Origin: Candidatus Hydrogenedens sp.
Lineage (GTDB): Bacteria; Hydrogenedentota; Hydrogenedentia; Hydrogenedentales; Hydrogenedentaceae
NCBI GenBank assembly: GCA_049968235.1
Contig: JBMFRC010000010.1
Coordinates: forward strand, 39,468 to 103,467
Direction: 5' to 3'
DNA: 64,000 nucleotides
Made by a program: the position numbers and the translations under genes. Position 1 is the stretch's first letter. Every line of letters begins with the position of its first letter. Of the stretch, positions 10,167-20,045 are shown one piece after another. The notes beneath the pieces are model-generated. The model searched no databases. It saw only the letters and a list, made by a program, of their open reading frames with translations, and was not told the DNA's origin.

Positions 10167-10858
10167 TTTTCATATTTCTTGTGAGTATCGATGATTTTAT
10201 AATGTAATGTTAAAATTTCGTTTTCATCATAACAATCTAATGGACAAATGTATATTTGAGGTAATTTCATTATGGGTTTACTTTTGCAATTATCTTTTTT
10301 TTGTATTTTCATATATAAGGAATGTATTCCCATAGTATTTAAATATCTAATATCTAAATCCATCCCATATTCGTTATAAAAGAGAAGGGTATTCCTTTTA
10401 TCGGTTTGAATATAAGATAATTCCTTATTATTAATACCGATTTCTTTTATTTCTATATTTTTTATTTCTTTATTAAAATTAAAATAGAAAGGAACAAGTT
10501 CAACATCTTCTGACAAAGGGTTGTTTGTTAAAAATTCACCTTTGATAAATAGAGCGGGAAAGTTATTTAAGCCATAGTAACGGATTTTCAATCGGTTTTG
10601 TTCAAAATAAAGTATTTGTAATATTCCATAGGATTTTTCATCATAATCCTCCGAAAAGTCTAAGTCTGTAATTTCATAATTTATTTTTTCCCCATTTTCT
10701 TTCAGAAATGAGATATTGATTTCACTTTTTCCAACCCATTCAAAATTATCCGGTAAAGATTTTATAGATTCAAGAGTACCTGATATTACAGACCATGAAA
10801 TCTTTATTTTTGATGTAATTACTTCTGCTTTTATTCTATCGACACAAGATAAAAACAT
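10145..10858 (-). CDS. hypothetical protein
   Basis: Coherent 237-aa ORF overlapping the rlmD-like start by 22 nt; no recognisable motifs. Confidence 0.4.
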   Translation of the reverse strand: MFLSCVDRIKAEVITSKIKISWSVISGTLESIKSLPDNFEWVGKSEINISFLKENGEKINYEITDLDFSEDYDEKSYGILQILYFEQNRLKIRYYGLNNFPALFIKGEFLTNNPLSEDVELVPFYFNFNKEIKNIEIKEIGINNKELSYIQTDKRNTLLFYNEYGMDLDIRYLNTMGIHSLYMKIQKKDNCKSKPIMKLPQIYICPLDCYDENEILTLHYKIIDTHKKYEKWVQEQK

Positions 10859-10870
10859 AGTTATATGATA

Positions 10871-11479
10871 TTACACCATTAAATCAATTATAAGTCCTGC
10901 GGGATTATCCAGGGAATTCAATAGACCTTGCACAGCATTATTATTTATGGGGTGATCTATTTCAATATTGTTCTGTTCTTGCTTTAATTTTTGTATTTTT
11001 TTTAATTCATTTTCAATTTCTTTTAATCGTTTTTCAATAACTCTTTTTTCTTCTCCTTCTGCATTTTTTAACTTTATTTTTAAGATTTTTTGTTCTGCTT
11101 TAAGTAAATTTTCTTTTATTTTTATTGCGTTGCTCGTTTTTTCTTGGTTTGTATTTATTTTTTGTTCTTCATTTGTTAAATTCAGATTTTTATTTTTTTC
11201 TTCATTCTTTTTTTCTCTTGTAACAATAGTTGTGGTTCCTCCAACCATTGTGAGGAAAGAGCCATTTTTTCTCAATTTATACTCTGTATTTAAAAATACT
11301 ACTTCTTTTCCCTCTATAAGTGCTTCTGCTTTTAATCTTTGTCTATTTCGTGCTTCTTGAGAAAAAACGGTAAAGGCACTCAGTGAAGCAGGAGTTGGAG
11401 GAGCCACACCGGGTTCTCCAGGGTCTAACCTATAGAATGTTAATGGATTATTTACAATATTTGTATTTAGGACATTCAT
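10871..11479 (-). CDS. hypothetical protein with Lys/Glu-rich coiled-coil C-terminus
   Basis: 202-aa ORF, Pro/Gly-rich N-terminus, strongly heptad-like KE-rich region. Confidence 0.4.
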   Translation of the reverse strand: MNVLNTNIVNNPLTFYRLDPGEPGVAPPTPASLSAFTVFSQEARNRQRLKAEALIEGKEVVFLNTEYKLRKNGSFLTMVGGTTTIVTREKKNEEKNKNLNLTNEEQKINTNQEKTSNAIKIKENLLKAEQKILKIKLKNAEGEEKRVIEKRLKEIENELKKIQKLKQEQNNIEIDHPINNNAVQGLLNSLDNPAGLIIDLMV

Positions 11480-11548
11480 AATATTTTATATCGTTTTTTT
11501 ACTACATCATAATTATAACAAAAAAGATTATCCCTAATTGGTTAATTT

Positions 11549-12397
11549 TTATCCGATTTTTTCATTACTTATGTCCTGCAAACTATCTCCTAACAGATTC
11601 AGAAGGAGTAGTATGACAACAAAAGAACAACCTGGAAAAAGTAGTAACCATGGATATTCTTCCATTACTTCTACTCCCTCGCGAATTAATACGCCGAGAG
11701 AACACATTGGGGGTTGTACTCCCAAACCGAGAAAACTCAAGAAAGCCTCCAATAGGATTACCTGGGGAATAGTTAGTGTAGTATAAACGATAACAATATT
11801 TAATAAATTGGGAATAACATGCTTAAATAAAATACGGGGAGTTGAAAATCCAAGTGCTTTTGCAGAATATATGAATTCCTGTTGTTTGATGGAGAGAACT
11901 TTTCCACGAACAATTCGTGCCATAGTAAGCCATTCTACCGCACCTATGGCTATAAATAACAAGTAGAAATTTCTACCGAAAAATGTCATCAGAATAATTA
12001 CAAACATTGTAAAGGGCATAGTATAAAGAATATCTATGAAATACATCATCCATGTATCAATCCATCCACCTATATATCCTGAAATAGAACCATAAGTAAC
12101 CCCAATCAATAAGGCTACCATTGTTGCACACAATCCTACCCAGAAAGATATTTTAATGCCATAAAGTGTCCTTATAAATAAATCTCTCCCTAATAAATCT
12201 GTTCCGAACCAATGTTCAAAGGAAGGTTTTACCGCACTCAATTCAAGATTCTGTTCATCGTATGTAACATTTAAAAAAATTGGAATTATAAAAGAAGAGG
12301 TAATGATAATAAACAGGAGCAATGATGCCCATTTCCCTTTTTTATTTATATTTGGTTTAATTTTTTGAATTAAAGTTTGATATTTACACATTTTCAT
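11549..12397 (-). CDS. oppC: oligopeptide ABC transporter permease (OppC/DppC family)
   Basis: Six-TM permease with the binding-protein-dependent transport EAA-region typical of OppC. Confidence 0.75.
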   Translation of the reverse strand: MKMCKYQTLIQKIKPNINKKGKWASLLLFIIITSSFIIPIFLNVTYDEQNLELSAVKPSFEHWFGTDLLGRDLFIRTLYGIKISFWVGLCATMVALLIGVTYGSISGYIGGWIDTWMMYFIDILYTMPFTMFVIILMTFFGRNFYLLFIAIGAVEWLTMARIVRGKVLSIKQQEFIYSAKALGFSTPRILFKHVIPNLLNIVIVYTTLTIPQVILLEAFLSFLGLGVQPPMCSLGVLIREGVEVMEEYPWLLLFPGCSFVVILLLLNLLGDSLQDISNEKIG

Positions 12398-12409
12398 CTA
12401 TCTTCATAT

Positions 12410-13327
12410 TTACTCGTATGAAATCCTTGGGTCAAGAAAACCTTGAATAATATCTACAATTAAATTAAATAGGAGTATTAAAAGTGCATAGATAAAAACG
12501 ATACCCATTATCATTGTATAATCACGGTTGAAAGTTGCTTCAACAAATTCTCGACCTAATCCAGGTATCTGAAAAATAGTCTCTACAATAAATGAACCTG
12601 TTAGTAGCCCTGCAGTAGCAGGTCCTAAAAATGTTACTAATGGTTGTAAAGCTCCTTTTGATGCATGAATTAATAATATTCTTTTTCCAGATGCTCCTTT
12701 TGCAATGGCAGTTCTTATATAATCTTTCTTCATTACTTCTATTATTCCTGAACGCATGATTCGTGTGATATATGCGGAATATACAAATCCTAATGAAATA
12801 GAGGGTAAAATTTTTTGTTGTGGGAAATCCCACCCAGCCACAGGCAGTATTTCCCATTGTAATGCAAATATAAATACTAAAACAGGACCTATAACAAAGG
12901 CGGGAATACATATTCCCAGAACAGCAAAGGAGGTAAGGCATGTATCTATCCATGTGTTTTGATAAAATGCGGATATAATACCGCATAAACAACCCACAAA
13001 AAGTGCAAAAATTAAACTATATATACCTAACTCAATAGATATGGGAAGACGCATTAAAATCCATTCTCGAATGGTGTAACTTGATTTGCGAAAAGAAGGA
13101 CCGAAATCAAAATGAATAACTCCATATAAATATCTTAAATATTGTTTTATTATGGGTTCATCCAGATGGTAGTATTCCTCTAAACTGCGTTGAACCTCTT
13201 CGGGGACATTTTTATCTCTGTCAAAAGGACCTCCGGGTGCTAAACGTATCAGAAAAAAGGTAAGTGTAATTATTGCTAATAATACAGGTATAAAAAGTAA
13301 TGTTTTTCTAAGTAAATATTTCCTCAT
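12410..13327 (-). CDS. oppB: oligopeptide ABC transporter permease (OppB/DppB family)
   Basis: Permease with the conserved N-terminal LIRLAPGGPF region of OppB/DppB. Confidence 0.75.
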   Translation of the reverse strand: MRKYLLRKTLLFIPVLLAIITLTFFLIRLAPGGPFDRDKNVPEEVQRSLEEYYHLDEPIIKQYLRYLYGVIHFDFGPSFRKSSYTIREWILMRLPISIELGIYSLIFALFVGCLCGIISAFYQNTWIDTCLTSFAVLGICIPAFVIGPVLVFIFALQWEILPVAGWDFPQQKILPSISLGFVYSAYITRIMRSGIIEVMKKDYIRTAIAKGASGKRILLIHASKGALQPLVTFLGPATAGLLTGSFIVETIFQIPGLGREFVEATFNRDYTMIMGIVFIYALLILLFNLIVDIIQGFLDPRISYE

Positions 13328-13343
13328 TAATATTCTTTCTGAA

Positions 13344-14954
13344 TTAATTTTGCAAGTTTTTTATCTTTAATTCCTGCCATCGGATATAACCAAGGACATT
13401 AGGAGTAAAATTTGATACTCTGGAAGAAATCAATATTTTCCATGTGTAAAAATATATGGGTATTATTGGTAATTCATCTAACAGTATTTTTTCTGCTTGA
13501 AACATAATAGCATTTCTTTTTTGTTCATCTGCCTCTCTATATGCTTGTTCTATAAGAGTATCAAACTGCTTATTTTCCCATCCTGTTCTATTGTTCCCAC
13601 CATAACTTAAAAAACATTCGAGAAAATTTATTGGGTCAAGAAAGTCGGCAATCCATGCGGAACGAGCAATTTGATAGTCTAATTGATTCATCGAAGATAG
13701 ATATACCTTCCAGTCTTGATTTAATAGTTTAATGTCGATATTTAAATGTTTTTTCCACATTCTTTGAATCGCTTCTGCTATGAGTTTATGGGCTTCAGAA
13801 GTATTAAAAAGAATTTCAATTGTCGGGAAATTTTCCCCATTGGGATAACCTGCTTCTGCAAGGAGTTGTTGGGCATATCCAGGATTGTAGGTAATATCCT
13901 GTGGAGATTTATAAATGCCCATTCCGTCAGGTACATAATGCGTTGCGGGTTGCTCTCCACCTTTCAAGACAAATTCTGTAATTTGTTGGCGGTCTATCGA
14001 ATATGCCAGTGCTTTTCTTACTAAAGGATTATTTAAAACAGGATGTTTTACATTAACTCTATAGTAATATACGCCGATGTAAGGATGAAGGATTAAGGAT
14101 TGAGGTTGGTTGATTTTATAGTATTCTAATTTTCTCAAAGGAATTGTGCTTGTTAAATCCAGATAATTTATTCTAAAAAGGCGTTCTTCTGTCATCTGAT
14201 TATCTATGGGATAAAAAGATATCGTATCTATAGAAACATTATTTTTATTCCAATAAAATGGGTTCTTTTTAACCCGTATAATTTTATTAGGTGTCCATTC
14301 TTCTAATTGATAAGGACCATTACTTACATGATTGCCTGTGTGTGTCCATGGATTATTTCTTTCATTAATGATGCCGTATTTTTCTACTGTTTTTTTATGT
14401 ATGGGAAACCATATATTATGTACTTGCATTTTCAAAAAATATGTGGTGGGGTATTCGAGTTCTATTTTTAGTGTATTTTCATCAATTGCTATAACTCCCA
14501 CATTTGCGAAATTTTCTATTTGCCCTTCATAAAATTTTTTTGCATTTTTGATGCAAAAAAGGAGATATGCATATTCAGATGATAGTTTTGGAGAGAGTAT
14601 TCTTTCCCATGAGTTTATAAAATCTTGAGCAGTAACAGGGTCGCCATTAGACCAACAGGCGTTTTTTCTTAGGTAGAAAGTATAATTCTTTTTATCGTCA
14701 GAAATTACCCATTTTTCTGCCACTGCGGGTATTGGCTCTAATGTCTTTGGGTCAAGAGATGTTAACCCTTCAAAAAGAGCACTTAAAACACGATGCTCCG
14801 TTACTCCTGAAACAGTTGCAGGGTCTAAATCCTGAACCTCTGCCCCATTCCCTACAAATAATTCGTTATCGTTTTTTGGTTTATATGATGAACAAGAGAG
14901 ACAAATTACTACAAGTAATATTATTACAGATATGTAATATTTTTCATTGAGCAT
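13344..14954 (-). CDS. oppA: peptide ABC transporter substrate-binding protein (family 5, OppA-like), lipoprotein
   Basis: Signal peptide/lipobox (LSCSS), ~536 aa, SBP_bac_5-like blocks. Confidence 0.7.
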   Translation of the reverse strand: MLNEKYYISVIILLVVICLSCSSYKPKNDNELFVGNGAEVQDLDPATVSGVTEHRVLSALFEGLTSLDPKTLEPIPAVAEKWVISDDKKNYTFYLRKNACWSNGDPVTAQDFINSWERILSPKLSSEYAYLLFCIKNAKKFYEGQIENFANVGVIAIDENTLKIELEYPTTYFLKMQVHNIWFPIHKKTVEKYGIINERNNPWTHTGNHVSNGPYQLEEWTPNKIIRVKKNPFYWNKNNVSIDTISFYPIDNQMTEERLFRINYLDLTSTIPLRKLEYYKINQPQSLILHPYIGVYYYRVNVKHPVLNNPLVRKALAYSIDRQQITEFVLKGGEQPATHYVPDGMGIYKSPQDITYNPGYAQQLLAEAGYPNGENFPTIEILFNTSEAHKLIAEAIQRMWKKHLNIDIKLLNQDWKVYLSSMNQLDYQIARSAWIADFLDPINFLECFLSYGGNNRTGWENKQFDTLIEQAYREADEQKRNAIMFQAEKILLDELPIIPIYFYTWKILISSRVSNFTPNVLGYIRWQELKIKNLQN

Positions 14955-14963
14955 GTTGTTCGT

Positions 14964-16436
14964 TTATTTGTCCCACTTATCCCATGGAGCCGGATTTATT
15001 GGCTTATATTCTTCAAGTATAAAGGAATTTGCGATAACTTCCCGTATTTCTTGCGGTGATTTTAGGGCTCCAACGGCTAGTGCTTGAACACCGATATTCC
15101 CTAATACGGTTGCTTCTATGGGACCTGCTATAACAGGGATATTACATGCATCCGAAGTCATTTGACATAGAAGTTTATTCTGCACACCTCCACCAACAAT
15201 ATGTAATTTTTTTATCTCGCAATTTAATAATTTATTTAATGATTTAATTGTTTGCCGATAATTTAATGCTAAACTTTCGAGGGCACATCGGACAATTTCT
15301 CCTTTAGTTTGGGGGATGTTAAATCCTAATTCTTCGCATATTGTTTGTATGGCTTGGGGCATATTTTCAGGGGCTAATAGTCTTGGTTCATTGACTGGAA
15401 TAAGAGATTTAAAAGGTTCGGCTTCTTCGGCTTCTTTTGTCATTTGGTCATACGAAATTTGAAGTCCTTCACGTTCCCATGTTCTTCTACATTCTTGAAC
15501 AAGCCATAATCCAAATATATTTTTCAGGTAACGGATTTTGTTACCTACACCTCCTTCATTTGTAAACCCTGCTTCCATACTTTCTTTTGTAATATTGGGT
15601 TCATTGAGTTCTGTCCCTAATAATGACCATGTGCCACTGGATAAGTATGCCCAGGGTTCAGATGTATCTATAATCGGGATAGCAGAAACTGCACATGCGG
15701 TATCATGTGTAGCAGGGGTTATAACAGGTGTTTCGGGAGAAATACCTGTATAATGAGCAATTTCGGGGAGTAAACCTCCCAGTATTGTTCCCGGTGGAAT
15801 AATTTCTTCTAATATATTTTCGGGTATTGAAAATTTTTTTATTAATTCCTTGCTCCAATTTCTTTGTTTTGCATCCAACATTTGTGTAGTGGAAGCATTT
15901 GTATATTCACAGGAACGAACTCCACTTAACAGATAACCGAATAAATCTCCCATTAAAAGAAGAGAGTCTGCTATTTTCAAAAAAGGTGATTTTGTTTTTA
16001 TTAAACTTAGAATTTGAAATAATGAATTGAATGGTAAAAATTGTATGCCTGTAATTTTATATATCTCTTCTTTAGGTAGGATGGAAAAAGCATAGTCCAT
16101 CATATCCTGTGTTCGTTTATCCCTGTAATGTACCGGGTTGGCTATTACAGAACCATCTTCGGCAATTAAACCGAAATCAACTCCCCATGTATCTACGCCC
16201 ATACCATCTAAATCGGATGTATATTCTTTTGCACATTTTCTTAACGCAAAACACATTTCTTCATAAATGCGTGCTAAATCCCATTGACGAACACCTAACA
16301 TTATTAAACCTTCAGTTCTGAATCGATGAATTACCTGTAAATCTATTTTATGGTCTTTTAATGTTCCTAATACTGCCCTTCCACTTTCGGCACCTAAATC
16401 AAATGCTAAAAATTGGTATACTTTTTTACTCATCAT
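14964..16436 (-). CDS. rhaB: FGGY-family carbohydrate kinase, rhamnulokinase-like
   Basis: N-terminal AFDLGAESGRAV resembles RhaB AVDLGASSGRV; FGGY N- and C-domain pattern; GH78 rhamnosidase lies nearby. Confidence 0.55.
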   Translation of the reverse strand: MMSKKVYQFLAFDLGAESGRAVLGTLKDHKIDLQVIHRFRTEGLIMLGVRQWDLARIYEEMCFALRKCAKEYTSDLDGMGVDTWGVDFGLIAEDGSVIANPVHYRDKRTQDMMDYAFSILPKEEIYKITGIQFLPFNSLFQILSLIKTKSPFLKIADSLLLMGDLFGYLLSGVRSCEYTNASTTQMLDAKQRNWSKELIKKFSIPENILEEIIPPGTILGGLLPEIAHYTGISPETPVITPATHDTACAVSAIPIIDTSEPWAYLSSGTWSLLGTELNEPNITKESMEAGFTNEGGVGNKIRYLKNIFGLWLVQECRRTWEREGLQISYDQMTKEAEEAEPFKSLIPVNEPRLLAPENMPQAIQTICEELGFNIPQTKGEIVRCALESLALNYRQTIKSLNKLLNCEIKKLHIVGGGVQNKLLCQMTSDACNIPVIAGPIEATVLGNIGVQALAVGALKSPQEIREVIANSFILEEYKPINPAPWDKWDK

Positions 16437-16489
16437 TAATACCCTTTCTTTTACGAATCTTTATTATGTCTTCTATTTTATTCATAATT

Positions 16490-17491
16490 TTAATCAATTA
16501 CAACTACACCACTTCCATTAAGAATACCATTTTTTAATTTTTGAAGTATCTGGTTGGAATATACTAAAGATGTTTTTTCAACATGCGTTTTGATGGGTAT
16601 ATTCTTAACTTCTTCAAATAATTCCTGACCATCATTTCTTGTGTTTGCTGAGACAGAAATAATTTGTTTTTCATAAAAAAGATGCTTTTCATATTCCAGA
16701 GAAGGTGTATCTGACATGTATATACCGGCTAAAACGAGTTTACCTCCTTTTTTTAAGTATTGTAAGGATGTAGGGATAAGATTTCCATTTGGGGCAAAGA
16801 TTATTGATGCATCGGGCAAATCTGGCATTTTTGATGGGTTATTATCTGTCCAATCAGCACCTAATTCTTTTGCTAATTTCTGGTGATTTTCTTTTCGACT
16901 TACTACAAATACAGAAGCACCTTTTGCTTTTGCAATTTGTAATATAATATGAGCGGAAGCACCAAAACCATAAAGAGCCACTATTTGTCCTTTTTTAATT
17001 TCCGATTTTTTCCATGCCCTATACCCTATTATTCCTGCACAAAGTAACGGGGCTGTTTTTATATCATCCAAATTATTCGGTAGTGGATAGGCATAATCTT
17101 CATGTATTAAGGTGTATTCTGCATAACCTCCATGTTCATGGTAACCCGTATATAAACTATGCTCGCATAAATTTTCTTTCTCTGTTTTACAAAAAGAACA
17201 GATTCCACAGGTTTTTCTTAGCCATGCAATTCCTACCTTATCCCCTATTCTAAATTTTGTGCATTTGTTCCCTGTTTTTTCTACAACACCTATAATCTGA
17301 TGTCCTGGGATTATAGGTAATCTTTTGGCATGTAATTCACCTTCAATAATATGCAGGTCTGTTCTACAAATAGCACAACATATTACTTTTATCAACAGCT
17401 CTTTTTCATTAGGTTCGGGGATATCCCATTCTTCTATAGTTAATGGAGAAGTCTCAATAGAATTCTGTTCCCTTAAAACCATCGCTTTCAT
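16490..17491 (-). CDS. zinc-dependent alcohol dehydrogenase (MDR family)
   Basis: Catalytic zinc motif CGICRTDLHIIEGE; GHQIIGVV; structural-zinc Cys cluster (CGICSFCKTEKENLC); GxGxxG. Confidence 0.75.
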   Translation of the reverse strand: MKAMVLREQNSIETSPLTIEEWDIPEPNEKELLIKVICCAICRTDLHIIEGELHAKRLPIIPGHQIIGVVEKTGNKCTKFRIGDKVGIAWLRKTCGICSFCKTEKENLCEHSLYTGYHEHGGYAEYTLIHEDYAYPLPNNLDDIKTAPLLCAGIIGYRAWKKSEIKKGQIVALYGFGASAHIILQIAKAKGASVFVVSRKENHQKLAKELGADWTDNNPSKMPDLPDASIIFAPNGNLIPTSLQYLKKGGKLVLAGIYMSDTPSLEYEKHLFYEKQIISVSANTRNDGQELFEEVKNIPIKTHVEKTSLVYSNQILQKLKNGILNGSGVVVID

Positions 17492-17567
17492 ATTTATTTT
17501 CCCTTATACGGTAACATTTTCTGCTTTTTATGTATTATAATATAATAAGATTTGTAAGGAATAGACT

Positions 17568-17864
17568 ATGATAAAACAACCTGTGCCATATAAAAGAATT
17601 ATTTTTGTTTGCACGAATAAAAAAGAAGATTTATCAAAGCCATGTTGTGCTGCTAAAAAAGGTGAGGAAATAGCAACAAAATTAAAGCAGATTGTACGAG
17701 AAAGAAATTTGAAGGACCAAATTCGAGTTTCCAAATCAGGTTGTATGGGCAAATGTGAGCATGGACCGAATCTTATGGTTTACCCGGAAGGTATCTGGTA
17801 TAGTAATATTAAAGAAGAAGATTTACAATTTCTTTTTGATGAACTACTAAAACCTTTATTATAA
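17568..17864 (+). CDS. thioredoxin-like [2Fe-2S] ferredoxin
   Basis: Cys pattern C..CC...SGCMGKCEHGP typical of the NuoE/Fdx4 thioredoxin-like 2Fe-2S family. Confidence 0.6.
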   Translation: MIKQPVPYKRIIFVCTNKKEDLSKPCCAAKKGEEIATKLKQIVRERNLKDQIRVSKSGCMGKCEHGPNLMVYPEGIWYSNIKEEDLQFLFDELLKPLL

Positions 17865-17944
17865 TCATATCTGCTGACCCTAAATTATCTTTAAGATAAA
17901 CTTTATGTTGTATGTATACTGTCAAAATTAAAATTTATGAATGC

Positions 17945-18028
17945 GGAGGGTTAGGATAATTGGTAATCCACCGGTCTTGAAAACCGGCGCCTTCGGGCTT
18001 GGGGGTTCGAGTCCCCCACCCTCCGCCA
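17945..18028 (+). tRNA. tRNA-Ser(UGA), type II with long variable arm, CCA encoded
   Basis: Acceptor GGAGGGT/ACCCTCC, discriminator G, encoded CCA. U8. D-stem GGAT/ATCC. Anticodon stem CCGGT/ACCGG with loop CTTGAAA (anticodon TGA). 13-nt variable arm forming GCC-TTCG-GGC. T-arm GGGGG-TTCGAGT-CCCCC. Confidence 0.85.
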
Positions 18029-18055
18029 TTTTTCTTAACATTTAGGAGGAATATT

Positions 18056-19030
18056 ATGAATGTAGGAATTTTAGGATGCGGGACAATGGGACGGCTACAT
18101 GCAGAAATGGCTGGGAAATGTGGTCTTAAGGTGGTCCAATGTTCTGATGTTAATTCTCAAAGTGGTAAAGCGTTGGCAAAAAATTTTAAAGCCAGATTCG
18201 TGAAGAATTGGGAAAATATTGTAGCAGATAAAGATGTGGATATAATCGCAATAGCCACACCTACACCGTTACATTTTCCCATGCTGGATATGGCAATAAA
18301 AAAAGGGAAATATATCTTTTGTGAAAAACCTCTTTGCAGGACTGTGGAGGAGTGCAAAAAAGTTATTCAAAAAGCAGAAAAAGCAAAAGTTAAACTTTTT
18401 GTGGGGCATGTTGTCCGTTATTTCCATGAATTTGAGGCAATTCAGGAACAGATTAAATCAGGAAAAATCGGTGATGTAGGTTTTATTAAAATGTATCGTG
18501 GAGGAATGCCACCGCAAGGTAAGAACAATTGGTTCTGTGATTTTTCAAAAAGTGGTGGGGTTACATTTGATTGTATGATACATGATATTGACTGGCTACG
18601 GTATATCTTTGGTGAGGTTAAAACGGTATATTGCCAAAATCTTATAGAAAAGAATTGTGCACCTTTAGATTATTCCCAGGTAACAGTTCGTATGCAAAAT
18701 GGTGTTCTGGCTCTGGTTATCGGTACATGGGCTCATCCCTCGGGATTTCGCGTTAAAGTTGAAGTATGTGGTAGTGATGGTCTTATGTATTACGATAATA
18801 TGGAAACCCCTTTAGAAGTTCAGTTAAGGGAACAAAGTAAACGGCAAGGAACAATTGTTCCCGAAAGTCCTGTAATAAAAAGCCCTTATCAAAAAGAATG
18901 GGAAGATTTTATAAACTGGATTAAAAACGGTAAAGAGCCACGCGTTTCTATGTATGATGCACTCAAGGCAGTAGAAATCGTAAGTGCATGTCTTCGTTCT
19001 GCAAAAATTAAACAACCTGTGAATTTATAA
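18056..19030 (+). CDS. Gfo/Idh/MocA family NAD(P)-dependent oxidoreductase
   Basis: Rossmann motif VGILGCGTMGRLHAE, EKPL motif, typical length; GGAGG RBS 7 nt upstream. The ORF-track start at 17999 overlaps the tRNA and is rejected. Confidence 0.75.
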   Translation: MNVGILGCGTMGRLHAEMAGKCGLKVVQCSDVNSQSGKALAKNFKARFVKNWENIVADKDVDIIAIATPTPLHFPMLDMAIKKGKYIFCEKPLCRTVEECKKVIQKAEKAKVKLFVGHVVRYFHEFEAIQEQIKSGKIGDVGFIKMYRGGMPPQGKNNWFCDFSKSGGVTFDCMIHDIDWLRYIFGEVKTVYCQNLIEKNCAPLDYSQVTVRMQNGVLALVIGTWAHPSGFRVKVEVCGSDGLMYYDNMETPLEVQLREQSKRQGTIVPESPVIKSPYQKEWEDFINWIKNGKEPRVSMYDALKAVEIVSACLRSAKIKQPVNL

Positions 19031-19042
19031 GGAGGAAATAAC

Positions 19043-20041
19043 ATGGTTAAACTCGGGATTATGAGTTTTGCTCATTTACATGCTTATAGTTATGCACATT
19101 GTGTCAATCTAATTCCTGATGTGGAATTGACTGCTATCTGGGATGATGATAAGGAAAGAGGGAAAGAAGCTAGTAAACAATATCAAACAAATTTTGTTGA
19201 AAATTTGGATGAGTTTTTAAGTCTTCCCATAGATGGTGTCATTATTACATCCGAAAATGTTAACCATAAACCTATGACGATAAAATCGGCAGAAGCAGGG
19301 AAATGGGTACTTTGCGAAAAACCCCTTGCTACAACTATTGAGGATGCTATGTTAATGATAAATACCTGTAGAAAAGCGGGTGTGGGTTTGGGCGTTGCTT
19401 TCCCTTGCCGATTTTTAACTCCCATTTTGAAGGCTAAGGAATATATAAAGTCAGGAAAATTGGGAACGATTCTTTCAATCTCCTGCACGAACAATGGTTC
19501 ATATCCCGGTGGTTGGTTCGGTGATGTGAAACTATCGGGAGGTGGAGCGGTAATGGACCATACGGTACATGTTGCTGACCTTTTAAGATGGATGCTGGAC
19601 AGAGAATTTGATAGCGTATATTGTGAATTGGGCAATCAAATGCATAAGGGAATTTTGGAAACGGATGACATGGGTTGTTTGCAATTAGAAATGGAAGGGG
19701 GTATCCAAGTATCTCATATTGCGAGTTGGAACCGGCCGAAGAGTTTCCCAACATGGGGCGATGTAACAATGGAGTTTATAGGAACAAAAGGTGTTTTATA
19801 TCTGGATGCATTTAATCAGAAATTGAACATATATAGCGATTTTGCGATGAAAACGGAATGGGGATTTTGGGGAGATAATCCTGATTTGGGATTAATTCAG
19901 GATTTTGTAAAATCTATACAGGAGAAAAGAGACCCCATGTCAAAAGGAATTGATGGTTTGCGTTCTGTGGAAGTTACTGTATTTGCATATGAGTCGTATA
20001 AGGCTGGCAAAAGGATTAAAATAAAAAAAGCAAAATGTTAG
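19043..20041 (+). CDS. Gfo/Idh/MocA family oxidoreductase paralogue with degenerate dinucleotide-binding motif
   Basis: EKPL motif present but the N-terminal glycine-rich loop is replaced by LGIMSFAHLHAY; RBS AAGGAGG. Confidence 0.65.
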   Translation: MVKLGIMSFAHLHAYSYAHCVNLIPDVELTAIWDDDKERGKEASKQYQTNFVENLDEFLSLPIDGVIITSENVNHKPMTIKSAEAGKWVLCEKPLATTIEDAMLMINTCRKAGVGLGVAFPCRFLTPILKAKEYIKSGKLGTILSISCTNNGSYPGGWFGDVKLSGGGAVMDHTVHVADLLRWMLDREFDSVYCELGNQMHKGILETDDMGCLQLEMEGGIQVSHIASWNRPKSFPTWGDVTMEFIGTKGVLYLDAFNQKLNIYSDFAMKTEWGFWGDNPDLGLIQDFVKSIQEKRDPMSKGIDGLRSVEVTVFAYESYKAGKRIKIKKAKC

Positions 20042-20045
20042 ATTG

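Noticed and set aside
10968-11360. 130-aa + strand ORF and apparent repetitive DNA
   Set aside because: It is the antisense of the KE-rich coiled-coil gene. The repetitiveness reflects AAA/GAA codon bias, not a repeat array or CRISPR.
17943-18028. Possible tRNA-Sec (apparent 8-bp acceptor stem GCGGAGGG/CCCTCCGC and long variable arm)
   Set aside because: Proper alignment gives a standard 7-bp acceptor (GGAGGGT/ACCCTCC) with U8, discriminator G and encoded CCA. The anticodon loop CTTGAAA gives anticodon UGA, which is Ser, not the UCA required for Sec.
17999-18055. ORF-track N-terminal extension of the Gfo/Idh/MocA gene (MGVRVPHPPPFF...) overlapping the tRNA
   Set aside because: It overlaps the tRNA-Ser gene. 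A GGAGG RBS and an ATG at 18056 give the canonical MNVGILGCG start.
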